A program made the position numbers and the translations under genes. From NCBI GenBank assembly GCA_963830365.1, contig CAWHMU010000040.1:34154-98153 (forward strand): a stretch of 64,000 bases of DNA. The letters are read 5' to 3'. The notes beneath the pieces were generated by a model. That model saw nothing but the letters and a program-made list of their open reading frames with translations, searched no databases and was not told where the DNA came from. Below are positions 1-10,090 of the stretch, in pieces. Source of the stretch: an uncultured Chlamydiae bacterium (GTDB lineage: Bacteria > Chlamydiota > Chlamydiia > Chlamydiales > Parachlamydiaceae). Positions within the stretch are counted from its first letter, which is position 1, and every line of letters begins with the position of its first letter.

Positions 1-1847
1 GCGCTAACGGCATCAAAAAGACGCCCCATGCTACTGCACAGTGGCGCATGCAGGTCTTTAGTTAAGGCTTGCACTAAGACAGGCAGCTCTGCTGGCGTAA
101 ACATCTCGCCAAGCCGTGGCCGGCAGGCATCAAAGAATCTTCCATCGCGGAATGCATGCAAAGCTCCCAAGGCCGAACGGCGGGGTTCACGCACGGCCTT
201 ATCACCGCCCGGCAACCTGAAGGGATAGAGGCTGGCCAGTCTCCGCATACCGTTGCCTGCTACCAAAAAAGCCTCTCCACCCCATATCGTGCCGTCATCG
301 CCGAAACCGGTGCCATCCCATGCCAGGCTGAAAAATGGCGGCTTTAAACCGCTATCTATCATGCCAGACCATACATGGGCCTCGTGATGCTGGATGGCCG
401 ATGATGGCAGCTGGCGCCTCTGTAGGTAATGGTTTGTATGGTAGGCGGGATGCTTGTCGCTTACACCCTTTGCCGGTGCGATGGCCAGCAAATTTTCCCA
501 CTTTGCGACTTCCTTCTCATAGGCCCGGCAGGTAGCTGCCGTCTCCAGATCGCCGATATGCTGGCTCATGTAGATCATGCTTTTCTTTTTAAGGGCGAAG
601 CTGCTTTTCTGCTGGCTGCCGGCTGCAAATAAAGATAGTGATGCCTCGACGGCCAGTCTGTCAGGAAGCGGAATAGCATAGGGAATATAACCGCGGGCGC
701 GGCGCAACACGACCGGCCGCTCGGCAATGACATGCACAATGGAATCATCAAGACGGTGGCTGATGCGGCGGTTATGGACCAAAAAGGCATCGGCCACCTG
801 TGATAGCTGCGCTAAGGCCTCAGCTTCACTGATGCATAGAGGATTGCCGGAAAGGTTGCCGCTGGTGGCGACGAGCGGCAAGTCCAGGGCGTTTTGCAAA
901 AGCAGCTGCAAGGCGTTATGGGGGAGCATCACACCGTAGTAAGGACTGCCAGCAGCCACCAGAGGTGAGATGCCGTGTACCTTCCCCTTCTTTTTCACCA
1001 GCACAATAGGGGCGGCGGCAGATGTCAATAGTTGTTCGGCAATAGGGCAGATATGGGCAATCAGCTTAATCCTGGCAAGGGTTGGCATAAGCATGGCGAA
1101 GGGTTTGCCGGCGCGATGCTTCACTAGGCGCAGCCTGCTGACGGCGGCATCGCTGGTGGCGTCCACGAGAAGTTGATAGCCGCCGGTATTTTTGACAGCG
1201 ACGATCTTCCCTTGTTGCAATAAATTCACAGCCGCGCTGATAGCGCTATTTTTATCCGCCAGAGCCCTGCCGGCAGGGTCCATCAATTGCAGCTGCGGTC
1301 CGCACTGGGGACAGCAATTAGTCTGGGAATAAAACCTTCGGTCTGCCGGGTTGGCATATTCATGCTCACACTCCCCGCACATACTGAAATCTGCCATGGT
1401 CGTATTCAGACGGTCGAAGGGCATGCCCAAAAACAGGCTGAACCTCGGCCCACAGCTGATGCAATGCAAAAATGGATAGTGATAGCGGCGGTTATCAGGG
1501 TCGCATAGTTCTGCTATGCATTGCGGGCACATCGCCGTGTCCGGCAGCAAGGCCAGGGAGGTGTCGGCTTCACTTCGGCTGCCCTTTATTTCAAAGCTGC
1601 TGACCTCATCACAAACAGCCATTTCTGTTTTGATCTCAGCGATCTTGGCCCCGACGGGTTTTTTAGAAAGCAAATCCTTTTGAAAATTGGTGAGTGCATT
1701 CTCTTCACCCTGCACATCGATCGCCACGCCGGCAGTAGTATTGCTGATGCTGCCCGCGAGATGGTACTGCCGGGCCAGTCGGTAGACAAAAGGCCTAAAA
1801 CCCACGCCCTGCACACAGCCGGAAATTTTAATGATGAGCCTTTGCAT
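1..1847 (-). CDS. hypF: Carbamoyltransferase HypF (3' end outside window)
   Basis: Absent from ORF track because it runs off the window. Manual translation from ATG 1847: MQRLIIKISGCVQGVGFRPFVY (acylphosphatase domain), CPQC/CISCGPR/CGEC/CPQCGP Zn fingers, ATSGN, QHHEAH, WDGTGFG, SSMGRLFD. Confidence 0.96.
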   Translation of the reverse strand, partial: MQRLIIKISGCVQGVGFRPFVYRLARQYHLAGSISNTTAGVAIDVQGEENALTNFQKDLLSKKPVGAKIAEIKTEMAVCDEVSSFEIKGSRSEADTSLALLPDTAMCPQCIAELCDPDNRRYHYPFLHCISCGPRFSLFLGMPFDRLNTTMADFSMCGECEHEYANPADRRFYSQTNCCPQCGPQLQLMDPAGRALADKNSAISAAVNLLQQGKIVAVKNTGGYQLLVDATSDAAVSRLRLVKHRAGKPFAMLMPTLARIKLIAHICPIAEQLLTSAAAPIVLVKKKGKVHGISPLVAAGSPYYGVMLPHNALQLLLQNALDLPLVATSGNLSGNPLCISEAEALAQLSQVADAFLVHNRRISHRLDDSIVHVIAERPVVLRRARGYIPYAIPLPDRLAVEASLSLFAAGSQQKSSFALKKKSMIYMSQHIGDLETAATCRAYEKEVAKWENLLAIAPAKGVSDKHPAYHTNHYLQRRQLPSSAIQHHEAHVWSGMIDSGLKPPFFSLAWDGTGFGDDGTIWGGEAFLVAGNGMRRLASLYPFRLPGGDKAVREPRRSALGALHAFRDGRFFDACRPRLGEMFTPAELPVLVQALTKDLHAPLCSSMGRLFDAVS

Positions 1848-1850
1848 TGT

Positions 1851-2114
1851 TCAGTCGGCAATGTCGATGCTTTTCAGCAAAACCACCTGGGCATTGGGAT
1901 CGGATATGTCCTGGGATTCCTCAGCCTCGATATCGGCATTTTCGGCGATGGTGCCGCGGGCGGCGATATCGAAATGCTCTTTGAAATGCGATGGCGACAT
2001 ATGGGACAAAGCCCCCAGCTGTACCGAGACTTTGGTCACTTTTTTGGCCTGCTGTTCCTTTGCCAACTCTAGGATCTTATTGATCAATTTATTGATCAGA
2101 TTGTATTCATGCAT
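1851..2114 (-). CDS. hypA: Hydrogenase nickel chaperone HypA, short form without Zn finger (87 aa)
   Basis: MHE N-terminal Ni motif from ATG 2114, V.VQLGALS and C-terminal LKSIDI; no cysteines; lies between protease and hypF. Confidence 0.85.
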   Translation of the reverse strand: MHEYNLINKLINKILELAKEQQAKKVTKVSVQLGALSHMSPSHFKEHFDIAARGTIAENADIEAEESQDISDPNAQVVLLKSIDIAD

Positions 2115-2568
2115 GGCTGATATCCTCTTCCTGCAACAGCGCTTCGGCGACTTTTTCAACGGCCTGTGCGACAGCCGGCGTCATAGCATCGTTCATAGTG
2201 AAATTATCGCCGTTAATGCCGTAAATGATCAGCTTGGCAGGCAGTGAACCCAGATTTTTGGCAATGGCCATAGCCTGCGATACGCCCAATCCATGTGTCG
2301 ATGTCTGGGTGTTTTCGGCCGGCAATGGCTGCAGCTGCCCGTCAATGCGCTCCCATGTGCCGGCGGCAGCGTCGGCACAGCAGGCGTCGACGATATACAC
2401 CGTCTTGTAGCCGGCAAAAACATCCAACAGCTCCGACACATCGCCTCTTTGCTTTTTAAGATCTACCGAGGCTTTGACCTTGCCTTCCAACCTGTCGATG
2501 ACGGCAAAGCCTGCGGCATCATCGCCGCGGAATGGATTGCCTATGCCTAAAATGATGATATCACTCAT
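2107..2568 (-). CDS. Hydrogenase maturation endopeptidase (HycI/HyaD family)
   Basis: [17 protein letters not shown] and STHGLG motifs; directly downstream of large subunit. Confidence 0.95.
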   Translation of the reverse strand: MSDIIILGIGNPFRGDDAAGFAVIDRLEGKVKASVDLKKQRGDVSELLDVFAGYKTVYIVDACCADAAAGTWERIDGQLQPLPAENTQTSTHGLGVSQAMAIAKNLGSLPAKLIIYGINGDNFTMNDAMTPAVAQAVEKVAEALLQEEDISHA

Positions 2569-3919
2569 GAATACGCTCCAGTTTAAGAAAATGTGCCGAG
2601 CAGGAAATGCAAGGGTCGTAATTGCGAATCGCCTGTTCGCATTTCCAAATCAGCGCCTGATCAGGCATCGTCAAATTTCGGCTCACAAAGTCTTGCAAAT
2701 CTTCCTCAATAGTTTTTTGATTCTGCGAGGTGGGAGGGACGATTTTGGCGTCATCGATGAGGCCCTTGTCATTGAGCCGATAACGGTGATACAACAGTCC
2801 CCTTGGCGCCTCGGTGACGCCGTAACCTGTCGCAGCCCTTCTTTCAACACCTACTGCCGACGGCCGGTTTTCCCCGTCATAGGCTGCAATGATGCGCAGC
2901 GCCTCGTCACAGGCAAAAAGTATTTCCAGCGCGCGAATGATGATACTGCGAAACGGGTTGCAGCAGTAGTCCTCAAAATCAATCTGCCTGATCATCTCTT
3001 TAACGGCAACCGGCAGGTTGTGGCGGTTGAGGTTGTAGCGCGCCATCGGACCCACCAGGTATGAACCCCTGCCTTTGATGATGGACTGCAAGGCATGGCT
3101 GTATGGGACCTGGAACTCTTCAAACTTATTGTCATAGTCGCCTGCCGCGATATCGAGTCCGGCCGTGGATGCGATCCTCCCCCTTGTCATCGGATATTCG
3201 GTGGGATGGGACAAGGCGACACATTCATATGGACGTTCGAGGTGAGGGAAATCAAAACGACTGACCCACTCCACGGTAGCGCGGGCGTCATCGCACGCCT
3301 GCTTTAAGATGTCGACCAATGTCAGCAATTGCGCCTGCTGCGGCAGCCGGTAGAAGCCTCCCACCTTGACGTTGATGGGGTGGATTTCCCTGCCTCCCAC
3401 CAGGCGGATGATTTCATTGCCGGCTTTTTTCAAGCGCAAGCCTTTCTTGAGGATCTCCTGATGATCCTTGGACATGGCGATGGCATCCCCATAGCCCAAA
3501 AAATCAGGGGCATGCAGCATATAGACATGTAAGGTGTGGCTTTCGATCCATTCTCCGCAATAGAGCAACCGGCGCAATTGGTGCAGATAATCCGGCACAT
3601 CCACTCCTAAGGCGTCTTCCATGGCATTGACGGCACTCATCTGGTAAGCGACAGGACAGATGCCGCAGATTCTGGCGGTGATATCGGGGGCTTCACCAAA
3701 TTCCCTGCCGCGCAGCAAGGCTTCAAAGAAACGAGGAGGCTCGAATATTTTCAGCTTCACATCTTCGATCTGATCCCCTTTGGTCTTGATGTATAGCGCC
3801 CCTTCGCCCTCAACGCGCGCCAGATAGTCGACATGCAGCGTGCGCGACTTCATCCCGGCCTTGACATTGAGCTTTTTGAGGCTTTCGTCATTGCTTTCGT
3901 CATTGCTTTCATTGGTCAT
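2561..3919 (-). CDS. hydA: Group 3b [NiFe]-hydrogenase large (alpha) subunit
   Basis: RVEGEG, L1 [16 protein letters not shown]2 DPCISCSAH plus short cleavable tail. ATG 3919 preferred (overlaps hydD stop, AGGTG RBS). Confidence 0.96.
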   Translation of the reverse strand: MTNESNDESNDESLKKLNVKAGMKSRTLHVDYLARVEGEGALYIKTKGDQIEDVKLKIFEPPRFFEALLRGREFGEAPDITARICGICPVAYQMSAVNAMEDALGVDVPDYLHQLRRLLYCGEWIESHTLHVYMLHAPDFLGYGDAIAMSKDHQEILKKGLRLKKAGNEIIRLVGGREIHPINVKVGGFYRLPQQAQLLTLVDILKQACDDARATVEWVSRFDFPHLERPYECVALSHPTEYPMTRGRIASTAGLDIAAGDYDNKFEEFQVPYSHALQSIIKGRGSYLVGPMARYNLNRHNLPVAVKEMIRQIDFEDYCCNPFRSIIIRALEILFACDEALRIIAAYDGENRPSAVGVERRAATGYGVTEAPRGLLYHRYRLNDKGLIDDAKIVPPTSQNQKTIEEDLQDFVSRNLTMPDQALIWKCEQAIRNYDPCISCSAHFLKLERIHE

Positions 3920-4706
3920 AGTGATCACCTGCTTCTTGAAAAGGGGTGGCGGCACAATAGTAGGTACTCAACATGCGCTTGATGGAGTCTCCATCGGTAT
4001 TGAACTCTTTTTCCCACCAGTGCGTCAATGCCAAAGGGTTCGCCGTCTCTTTTGGCCCATAGCAGCCGTAGCAGCCGCGCCGATAGGCAGGACAAAGGGC
4101 GCCGCAGCCTGCATGAGTGACTGGCCCTAGGCAGGGAATGCCATAGGCCACGGTCACGCAGATATGGCCGTTTTTCTTGCATTCGGTGCATACGCTGCTG
4201 CTAGCTATGGCAGGTTTCTTACCCCGGATATAGCTGGTGACGACTTCTAAAAGCTGATATTTGTTGATAGGACATCCCTGTAATTCATAATCGACTTTCA
4301 CATGCTGCGATATCGGCGTCGATGTCGCCAGGGTTTTGATATACTCTGGACGCGCATATACCAACTCCTTATATTCTTCGATATCACCAAAGTTGCGCAA
4401 GGCCTGCACGCCGCCGGCGGTGGCACAGGCCCCGATGGTGATCAGCACCTTCGACTGTCTGCGCACCTCGTGAATCCTTTCCCTATCGATTTCGGTGGTG
4501 ATCGATCCCTCGACCAGCGAGATGTCATAGGGGCCGCCAAGCGACATCTTCGAAGCTTCAGGAAAATGGCTGATCTGCAAAATTTCCGTCATAGCCAAAA
4601 GCTCGTCTTCACAATCCAGCAGCGACAGCTGGCACCCATCGCACGAAGCAAATTTCCATACGGCGAGCTTGGGAAGGGCGGGTTTTACGAGCGCCAGTTT
4701 GTTCAC
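3909..4706 (-). CDS. hydD: Group 3b [NiFe]-hydrogenase small (delta) subunit
   Basis: FASCDGC, GACA..GG, GCP and C-terminal Cys cluster (VCTEC, CLGP, GCGALCP, CYGC). Confidence 0.95.
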   Translation of the reverse strand: MNKLALVKPALPKLAVWKFASCDGCQLSLLDCEDELLAMTEILQISHFPEASKMSLGGPYDISLVEGSITTEIDRERIHEVRRQSKVLITIGACATAGGVQALRNFGDIEEYKELVYARPEYIKTLATSTPISQHVKVDYELQGCPINKYQLLEVVTSYIRGKKPAIASSSVCTECKKNGHICVTVAYGIPCLGPVTHAGCGALCPAYRRGCYGCYGPKETANPLALTHWWEKEFNTDGDSIKRMLSTYYCAATPFQEAGDHYDQ

Positions 4707-5522
4707 TTAAAATTCCTTGATGGTTAGGTAGTCTTTCAGCTGCGCATAAGAAAAGACTGGGCCGTCTTTGCACATGAAGTAGGGACCATATTGGCAGCGC
4801 CCGCAGAAACCCACAGCGCACTGCATATTTCTTTCCATAGAGATATAGATGCTATTTTCATCGACGCCGGCACCCAAGAGTTCATAGATGGCAAATTGGA
4901 TCATGATTTCGGGCCCGCAAAGCATGACGAGGGTGTTGTCCGGTTTCGGCAGGTGCTTGCCTATTAATGCAGTCACCACACCCACCTGCCCTTGCCAATC
5001 CGTATCGGCACAATCCAGCGTGACGGCAATGTCCAGGCCCTGCTTCCGCCATGCTTCGAGGTCATTTTTGTACAGCACATCACCCGCCGTCCTGGCCCCA
5101 TAGAGCAGGGTGATTTTGTCATATTCATCCGACCGCTCTGCTAGGCCGAACATGGCCGACCGCAGGGCGCCCAGGCCTATACCACCGGCGATGACGAGTA
5201 CGTCGCAGTTTTTTTTTGCCAGCGGCCAATGTGAACCGAAGGGGCCGCGCACGCCTATCTCATCGCCCGGCTGCAGCTTTTGCATGCTGTTGGTGACTCC
5301 ACCGACGGCGCGGATGGTATGCACCAGCGTTTTACTTTCATGCGGGTGGCCGCTGATCGAGATGGCGACCTCGCCGAATCCGAACTGGTACAGCATATTA
5401 AATTGGCCGGGAAGAAATGGCCGCCGCATTTGATCATCCGGTATTGCCAAAGCCAGGGTAAAGACATCATGTGTCTCGTGTACAATCGATTGGATTTGAT
5501 AGGGTTGCGGTATAAGCATCAT
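4707..5522 (-). CDS. hydG: Group 3b hydrogenase gamma subunit (FAD/NAD(P)-binding, 2Fe-2S)
   Basis: PGQF, RGPFG, AGGIG, CGP and MQCAVGFCGRC...CKDGP motifs. Confidence 0.94.
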   Translation of the reverse strand: MMLIPQPYQIQSIVHETHDVFTLALAIPDDQMRRPFLPGQFNMLYQFGFGEVAISISGHPHESKTLVHTIRAVGGVTNSMQKLQPGDEIGVRGPFGSHWPLAKKNCDVLVIAGGIGLGALRSAMFGLAERSDEYDKITLLYGARTAGDVLYKNDLEAWRKQGLDIAVTLDCADTDWQGQVGVVTALIGKHLPKPDNTLVMLCGPEIMIQFAIYELLGAGVDENSIYISMERNMQCAVGFCGRCQYGPYFMCKDGPVFSYAQLKDYLTIKEF

Positions 5523-5587
5523 GCGCCGTTATTATTTTTAGCGGGTGGCAAACCATTGAGGTCCGGTTTTAACCCTCATTTTGTAAA

Positions 5588-5757
5588 TTCTCAAAAAGTC
5601 ATGGCACAAGTCTCGGCGGAACGGATTTGGGTCTGGCTTGCGATTTGCGATTTGAAAGGAGTCTAGCTTCCTAAATGCACTGTAGGACTTTCAAATCACA
5701 AATCACAAGCCAGACCCCAATCCTAATTCACCAACCCTCTTCATGATTTTTTGAGAA
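5588..5757. repeat. Palindromic REPIN/MITE-like element, family B, inside the hydrogenase operon
   Basis: Terminal IR TTCTCAAAAAGTCATG...CATGATTTTTTGAGAA and internal IR GGGTCTGGCTTGCGATTTGCGATTTGAAAG...CTTTCAAATCACAAATCACAAGCCAGACCC. Reverse-orientation copies near 44451-44606, 45204-45362, 47681-47839; partial copies near 29983-30060, 30673-30700, 33756-33815. Confidence 0.85.
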
Positions 5758-5769
5758 CTTACTTCATTC

Positions 5770-6228
5770 CTATTGATTTCCATATACATCGAGCAAATGC
5801 AGCCTTGCGCTTTCTTCGCGCGCCACCAGTATCTGTACAAGGTGTTTCATTAATTTGAAACCTAAGCCGGGATCTTCCTCGCATTTTTTGCGCAGACAGG
5901 AGCCGTCGATGGCGATGGCACGGGTCGGCTGCATGACCTTGGCCGATACGGTCCAGCGGTAAGGAGGGATCAGCCACGACAATCCCAAGACATCGTTTTC
6001 CCTTAGCATCTGGAATATGAACGGCTTGCGCGGCGGGATTTCCAAGGAGATGGCAACTCCCCCATCCGAGATCAAATAAAAATCATTGGCCATATCGCCG
6101 GGATTTGCTATCACCTGCCCTTCTTTGAATACCACATTCTTTGCACAGCCGGTGACAAAAGCCAAATCTTCCGAAGAAAGCCCTTCGAAAAATGAATGGC
6201 CGCGGATAAGGTCAATCATTCTTTTCAT
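5770..6228 (-). CDS. Stand-alone cyclic nucleotide-binding (Crp-type sensor) domain protein, no HTH
   Basis: 152 aa; F.EG.VI..PGD.A..FYLI..G.V, LG.SWL pattern; ends before any DNA-binding domain. Confidence 0.88.
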   Translation of the reverse strand: MKRMIDLIRGHSFFEGLSSEDLAFVTGCAKNVVFKEGQVIANPGDMANDFYLISDGGVAISLEIPPRKPFIFQMLRENDVLGLSWLIPPYRWTVSAKVMQPTRAIAIDGSCLRKKCEEDPGLGFKLMKHLVQILVAREESARLHLLDVYGNQ

Positions 6229-7345
6229 TGTATTCCTGCTGCAGTTTCGTAAGTTCTTCGGTCACATCAATACCAACCGGACACCAGGTGATGCACCGGC
6301 CGCAGCCGACACAGCCCGAGACGCCGAACTGGTCCCACCAGGTGCCAAACTTATGCGTCAGCCACTGGCGATAGCGCGACTGGGCCGAGGTGCGCACGCT
6401 CCCCCCATGGATGTAAGAATGGGATAAATTGAAGCACGACTCCCAGCTTTGCCAGCGGTCTACTTGCGTGGCATCCAGATTCACCACATCCTCGGTATCT
6501 GAGCAAAAGCAGGTGGGACATGCCATCGTGCAATTTGCACAATTGATGCACCGTTTGGCAACTTCATCCCACTGCCGGCTGTGCTGGCTGTTCAGCAGCA
6601 CTTCGTGCACATGCTCATTGTCCACCTTGCGAACCATCTGGTCCTTCGTCCTCTCCACATGACTGTCGGCCAATTCTTTGTCTGTCGCGCTTGCCGGCGG
6701 CAATGCCAGCGCATCGCACAACGCTTGCCCTTCTGGGGAACCGCTGACGACCAAAAAATAATGCTGGCTGTCTGTCACCACCTCCGTCAATGCCAGGTCG
6801 TAACCATCCTTGTGGGCGGGGCCGGACTGCATGGACACGCAAAAGCAGGTGCTTGCCGCCGTTGTACAGTTGACGGCCATGATGAAGGTATTATCCCTGC
6901 GCCGCTGATACTGCTGATAAATGGCAAGCTTGTTGTTAAAGACCTTGTCCAGCACGAATATGGCCTGCATCTCACAGGCGCGTACGCCGATGAAAGCCAT
7001 TTTTTCATCCGCCGGCGCGGTCTCTTCAAGCATTACCAGCTTGTTGTTTTCCTGTTTGCGTGCCGTCCATAACTTCTCCCTGGGAGGAAATAGATATTTC
7101 TTCCAGGAATGTGGCCCCAGATTATATCCGAAATAGGCTTGGTCCGTGCGGCGCTTGATGCGGTAATGTCCGGGCGCCTGCTCATCGGCCCAGCCTATCG
7201 GCAAATCCCTGGCGGACTGCAGCTCATCATAAATGATCACTTCGTCGCGCACTTTAGGACCCAGCAGCTTGTATCCGCCTTCTTTTATCAAGAGCAGCAG
7301 CTCTTCAAACTGCCTAGTCGTGCACTTAAGAAATGTCTTGTCCAT
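6212..7345 (-). CDS. hydB: Group 3b hydrogenase beta subunit (4Fe-4S)
   Basis: [16 protein letters not shown] and [12 protein letters not shown]; start taken at ATG 7345 (MDKTF). Confidence 0.94.
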   Translation of the reverse strand: MDKTFLKCTTRQFEELLLLIKEGGYKLLGPKVRDEVIIYDELQSARDLPIGWADEQAPGHYRIKRRTDQAYFGYNLGPHSWKKYLFPPREKLWTARKQENNKLVMLEETAPADEKMAFIGVRACEMQAIFVLDKVFNNKLAIYQQYQRRRDNTFIMAVNCTTAASTCFCVSMQSGPAHKDGYDLALTEVVTDSQHYFLVVSGSPEGQALCDALALPPASATDKELADSHVERTKDQMVRKVDNEHVHEVLLNSQHSRQWDEVAKRCINCANCTMACPTCFCSDTEDVVNLDATQVDRWQSWESCFNLSHSYIHGGSVRTSAQSRYRQWLTHKFGTWWDQFGVSGCVGCGRCITWCPVGIDVTEELTKLQQEYNEKND

Positions 7346-7368
7346 ATATCCAAAAAATAATTTTATCG

Positions 7369-8142
7369 TTAAAGCAGTGAGCGGCAGCACTTTTCAAAGC
7401 GGCGATGCTGCTGTTCATACCAATGTCTATCTTCTGCCAGACGCAGCGCAAGATAGGAGTCGCCGGTAGCTTTCATGGTCTTATCTGCCGTGATGGAGCC
7501 TTGCATGCCGATCTTGGAAAGGTCGTTTAGAGTTGCGGCAAAGGCGGCATGCAGGCTTTCTTCAAGCGCCTGCCATGCCAGCCCTTTCGTCGTCCTTTCC
7601 TGCAGTGCCAAGTCTTCAAAGGCCAGCAATTTGGCTAGCATGTGGGCGTCGACAGTTTTTTTTGGATCGCTGCCCACGACTTCATTTTCCGGCAGCTTGT
7701 TCAGCCGGCTATAAAGTTCCTGCAGGGTCCTGACCTTGTCAGGCAGGCTAGTGCGCAAGGCCGCCTGTGCCGGCTGCTCGTGCAATGCTTTTTGTGGCAA
7801 CGCCTCTTCAACATCGAGCAGCAAACCGATGAGCTCTAACAGTTTAGCCCGCCAATAAAGGCGCATGTCGAGCAGATGGCGCTGCGCCCTGCTGCGTCCA
7901 AGGCCGACCTTTTTGGCCAAAGCTTTAAGCTTATGCTCCAGATAATTATCAATGGCGGCGATATCATCACCGCCAATAATCTCCATTTCGTCATGCGCCG
8001 CCAGCAAGGCGGTCTCTTTCAACCCTTCCTTGAGTAAGGCATACTCCTCATCAGCGATGCATCCCAAGCTTTTTAACATAAAGGTGTAGGCGGCGCTGCC
8101 GATACAGTCGTAATAGGCTAGCGATTTAGCAGGCACTGTCAT
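7369..8142 (-). CDS. Divergent, shortened argininosuccinate lyase-like protein (N-terminal part only)
   Basis: DCIGSAAYTFMLKSLGCI and KKVGLGRSRAQRHLLDMRLYWR resemble ArgH D..GS.AHA.ML...G.I and KLHTGRSRNDQ..TD.RLY.R; only 257 aa; no SSIMPQK signature. Confidence 0.55.
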   Translation of the reverse strand: MTVPAKSLAYYDCIGSAAYTFMLKSLGCIADEEYALLKEGLKETALLAAHDEMEIIGGDDIAAIDNYLEHKLKALAKKVGLGRSRAQRHLLDMRLYWRAKLLELIGLLLDVEEALPQKALHEQPAQAALRTSLPDKVRTLQELYSRLNKLPENEVVGSDPKKTVDAHMLAKLLAFEDLALQERTTKGLAWQALEESLHAAFAATLNDLSKIGMQGSITADKTMKATGDSYLALRLAEDRHWYEQQHRRFEKCCRSLL

Positions 8143-8242
8143 GATGATTCAACTGTTATTGTTTTTGTATAGGCATATTCAGGATGTATATCTGCCGAGC
8201 AAACCGGCTGTCAATAAATATTAAAGGAATTGATATGTAAAT

Positions 8243-8272
8243 TTGACATTTTATCAGACTCTCGTTATGCCT
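8243..8272 (+). promoter_or_regulatory. Putative sigma70/66-type promoter of kinase 1
   Basis: TTGACA-N17-TATGCC(T); similar arrangement upstream of paralog kinase 3. Confidence 0.45.
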
Positions 8273-8341
8273 TTGTAAGAGCAGTTCCACCATTTTTTGA
8301 AGCGCACCTTAAATTACGTTATCACGAGAGTGGCATGATCG

Positions 8342-10090
8342 ATGACTTCCATAACGCACACAAGTAAGCGTGGCTTGGCTGAAATTTACCCAGCGGCAGG
8401 CGCTGCCGGGATGCCGACGATGGACATCGCAACCACGCGTCAACGTAAAAAGTCAAATGTGGCGCAAATCACCCATGTGACCCAACAAGCCCTGGGAGAG
8501 GGGGAATCCAAAAGCTGCGGAGTATTCCAATCGCCTGGGCTCAAGCTAGATGTAAAACCTCTCTATACTAATTCATCAAGCATGGACCGCCCGGTAGGTA
8601 AGCTTCTGACGCTGGCACAGAGCAAAGCAGCGCATGCGCAAATAGCCAAAGACCTGTCCGGGCTGGGTTTTCCTTTTTCTACCGATCAGCTGGCCCTCAT
8701 CTGCAAACTTGCCGATGAGGAGATACTAAAACCAAATCGTTCGACACATACCCGAAATGGCTCTTCCATATTTATAAACATCGCCAAAAGCAAATGCCGA
8801 AATTCTGCTTATGCGGATATACCGAAGATGCAAATGGAGGTCCATCCTGCAACCAATCACGTGCAGATCAATCTTAAGGTATCTAAGTCAAATACAGCCG
8901 TTGGAGCATACAAGAAGTTTGCCAAAGCTGTGAGCATAATTTTTTTTAATGGGAAATACCAACAAACCCTCTTACAGGCAAGGCTAAGCGCTAAATCGCA
9001 ATTTGCTGCAACGGTGCAAAACGAAGCGAGCGTCCATAAAGAATTACAGCAATTAGCTGATCCAACCCAACCCCTACCCATCTGCCAGCTGCGCCAGGTC
9101 ACCCCTATTTATATTGGAAAAGATGACGCGAAGTGTGTGATGTATTTAGAGCTCGGCACCGGTGGCGATCTATTTGATTATGCCCAGCTCTTGCCATCTG
9201 TCCAAAAACATGAAGTTTCCAGCTCAGCGCGCTTGACTAAAATATTCCCTATCATGCTGGATGCTGCCAAAGCGGTCCATCTTCTTCATAAGCATGGCTA
9301 TGTGCATGCTGATATCAAGCCCGAAAATATTTTCGTGGTCATTGATAAAATGAAGCCTTTTATAAAGGCCATATTAGGGGATTTTGGCAAGGCATGCAAA
9401 GCTAAAAACTTATCAATATACTCAGGCACAGACACCTACATTGCTTGCGAAGCCTTAAAATGCAAATTGGGCATCGACAAGCAACAACGCCTAGGACAAC
9501 CCATTGATATCTGGGCGCTGGGCTTTTGCTTTTATTGGCTTTTTATTGAACGACCTCTCCCCTGGCTTGGCCTGATTAAATCCATCTTCGCCCTGGCTCC
9601 TTTTTGTGAGCAGACGACAGCTGCCAGTAATGACAACAATAGCGATTTCAAGCTGTGTGAAATTGCCGGACAGATTAACGCTTTAGATGAAATTGTGGCA
9701 GCATTGCCGCCAGAGCATTTGGCGGATTTGTTCTACCACAATGTCAAAATGAGCGCGCTTAAATCAACATATCAACAGATGTTATCATTGGACACCATAT
9801 TAAGAACTCTTATGGAAGAGTTAAAGATCCAGTCACAACTCCCCAAAGAAATGCATGCGCGGATAAATGAGCTGTACCAAAAAATGATCGTAAAGCTAAT
9901 GGCGGTTTTTGACGCCCTGGAAACGATGCCCATGCCGGATAAAGACCAACAGCCGCTCTCCACAGAAAGTTATATCAAACAGTTGATTTGGCTGATGCTG
10001 CGTCCTAAGCCGGAAACCCGCATCACCAGCCAGGAGCTGCTTGGGGCATTGTCAAAACTCATTAGTGTTACTGCAATAGTTAACGCATAA
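8342..10090 (+). CDS. Ser/Thr protein kinase-fold protein, effector-like (kinase 1)
   Basis: GGDLF, HADIKPEN, DFG, DIWALG, MLRPKPETR; long low-complexity N-terminus. Confidence 0.9.
   Translation: MTSITHTSKRGLAEIYPAAGAAGMPTMDIATTRQRKKSNVAQITHVTQQALGEGESKSCGVFQSPGLKLDVKPLYTNSSSMDRPVGKLLTLAQSKAAHAQIAKDLSGLGFPFSTDQLALICKLADEEILKPNRSTHTRNGSSIFINIAKSKCRNSAYADIPKMQMEVHPATNHVQINLKVSKSNTAVGAYKKFAKAVSIIFFNGKYQQTLLQARLSAKSQFAATVQNEASVHKELQQLADPTQPLPICQLRQVTPIYIGKDDAKCVMYLELGTGGDLFDYAQLLPSVQKHEVSSSARLTKIFPIMLDAAKAVHLLHKHGYVHADIKPENIFVVIDKMKPFIKAILGDFGKACKAKNLSIYSGTDTYIACEALKCKLGIDKQQRLGQPIDIWALGFCFYWLFIERPLPWLGLIKSIFALAPFCEQTTAASNDNNSDFKLCEIAGQINALDEIVAALPPEHLADLFYHNVKMSALKSTYQQMLSLDTILRTLMEELKIQSQLPKEMHARINELYQKMIVKLMAVFDALETMPMPDKDQQPLSTESYIKQLIWLMLRPKPETRITSQELLGALSKLISVTAIVNA

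Noticed and set aside
28..2247. Plus-strand ORFs at the window start
   Set aside because: Antisense shadows of hypF and hypA.
3880..3915. 12-bp tandem repeat at the hydA 5' end ([11 protein letters not shown]); similar short in-frame repeats near 10418-10458 and 19796-19824
   Set aside because: In-frame slippage in probable linkers; no phase-variation potential evident.
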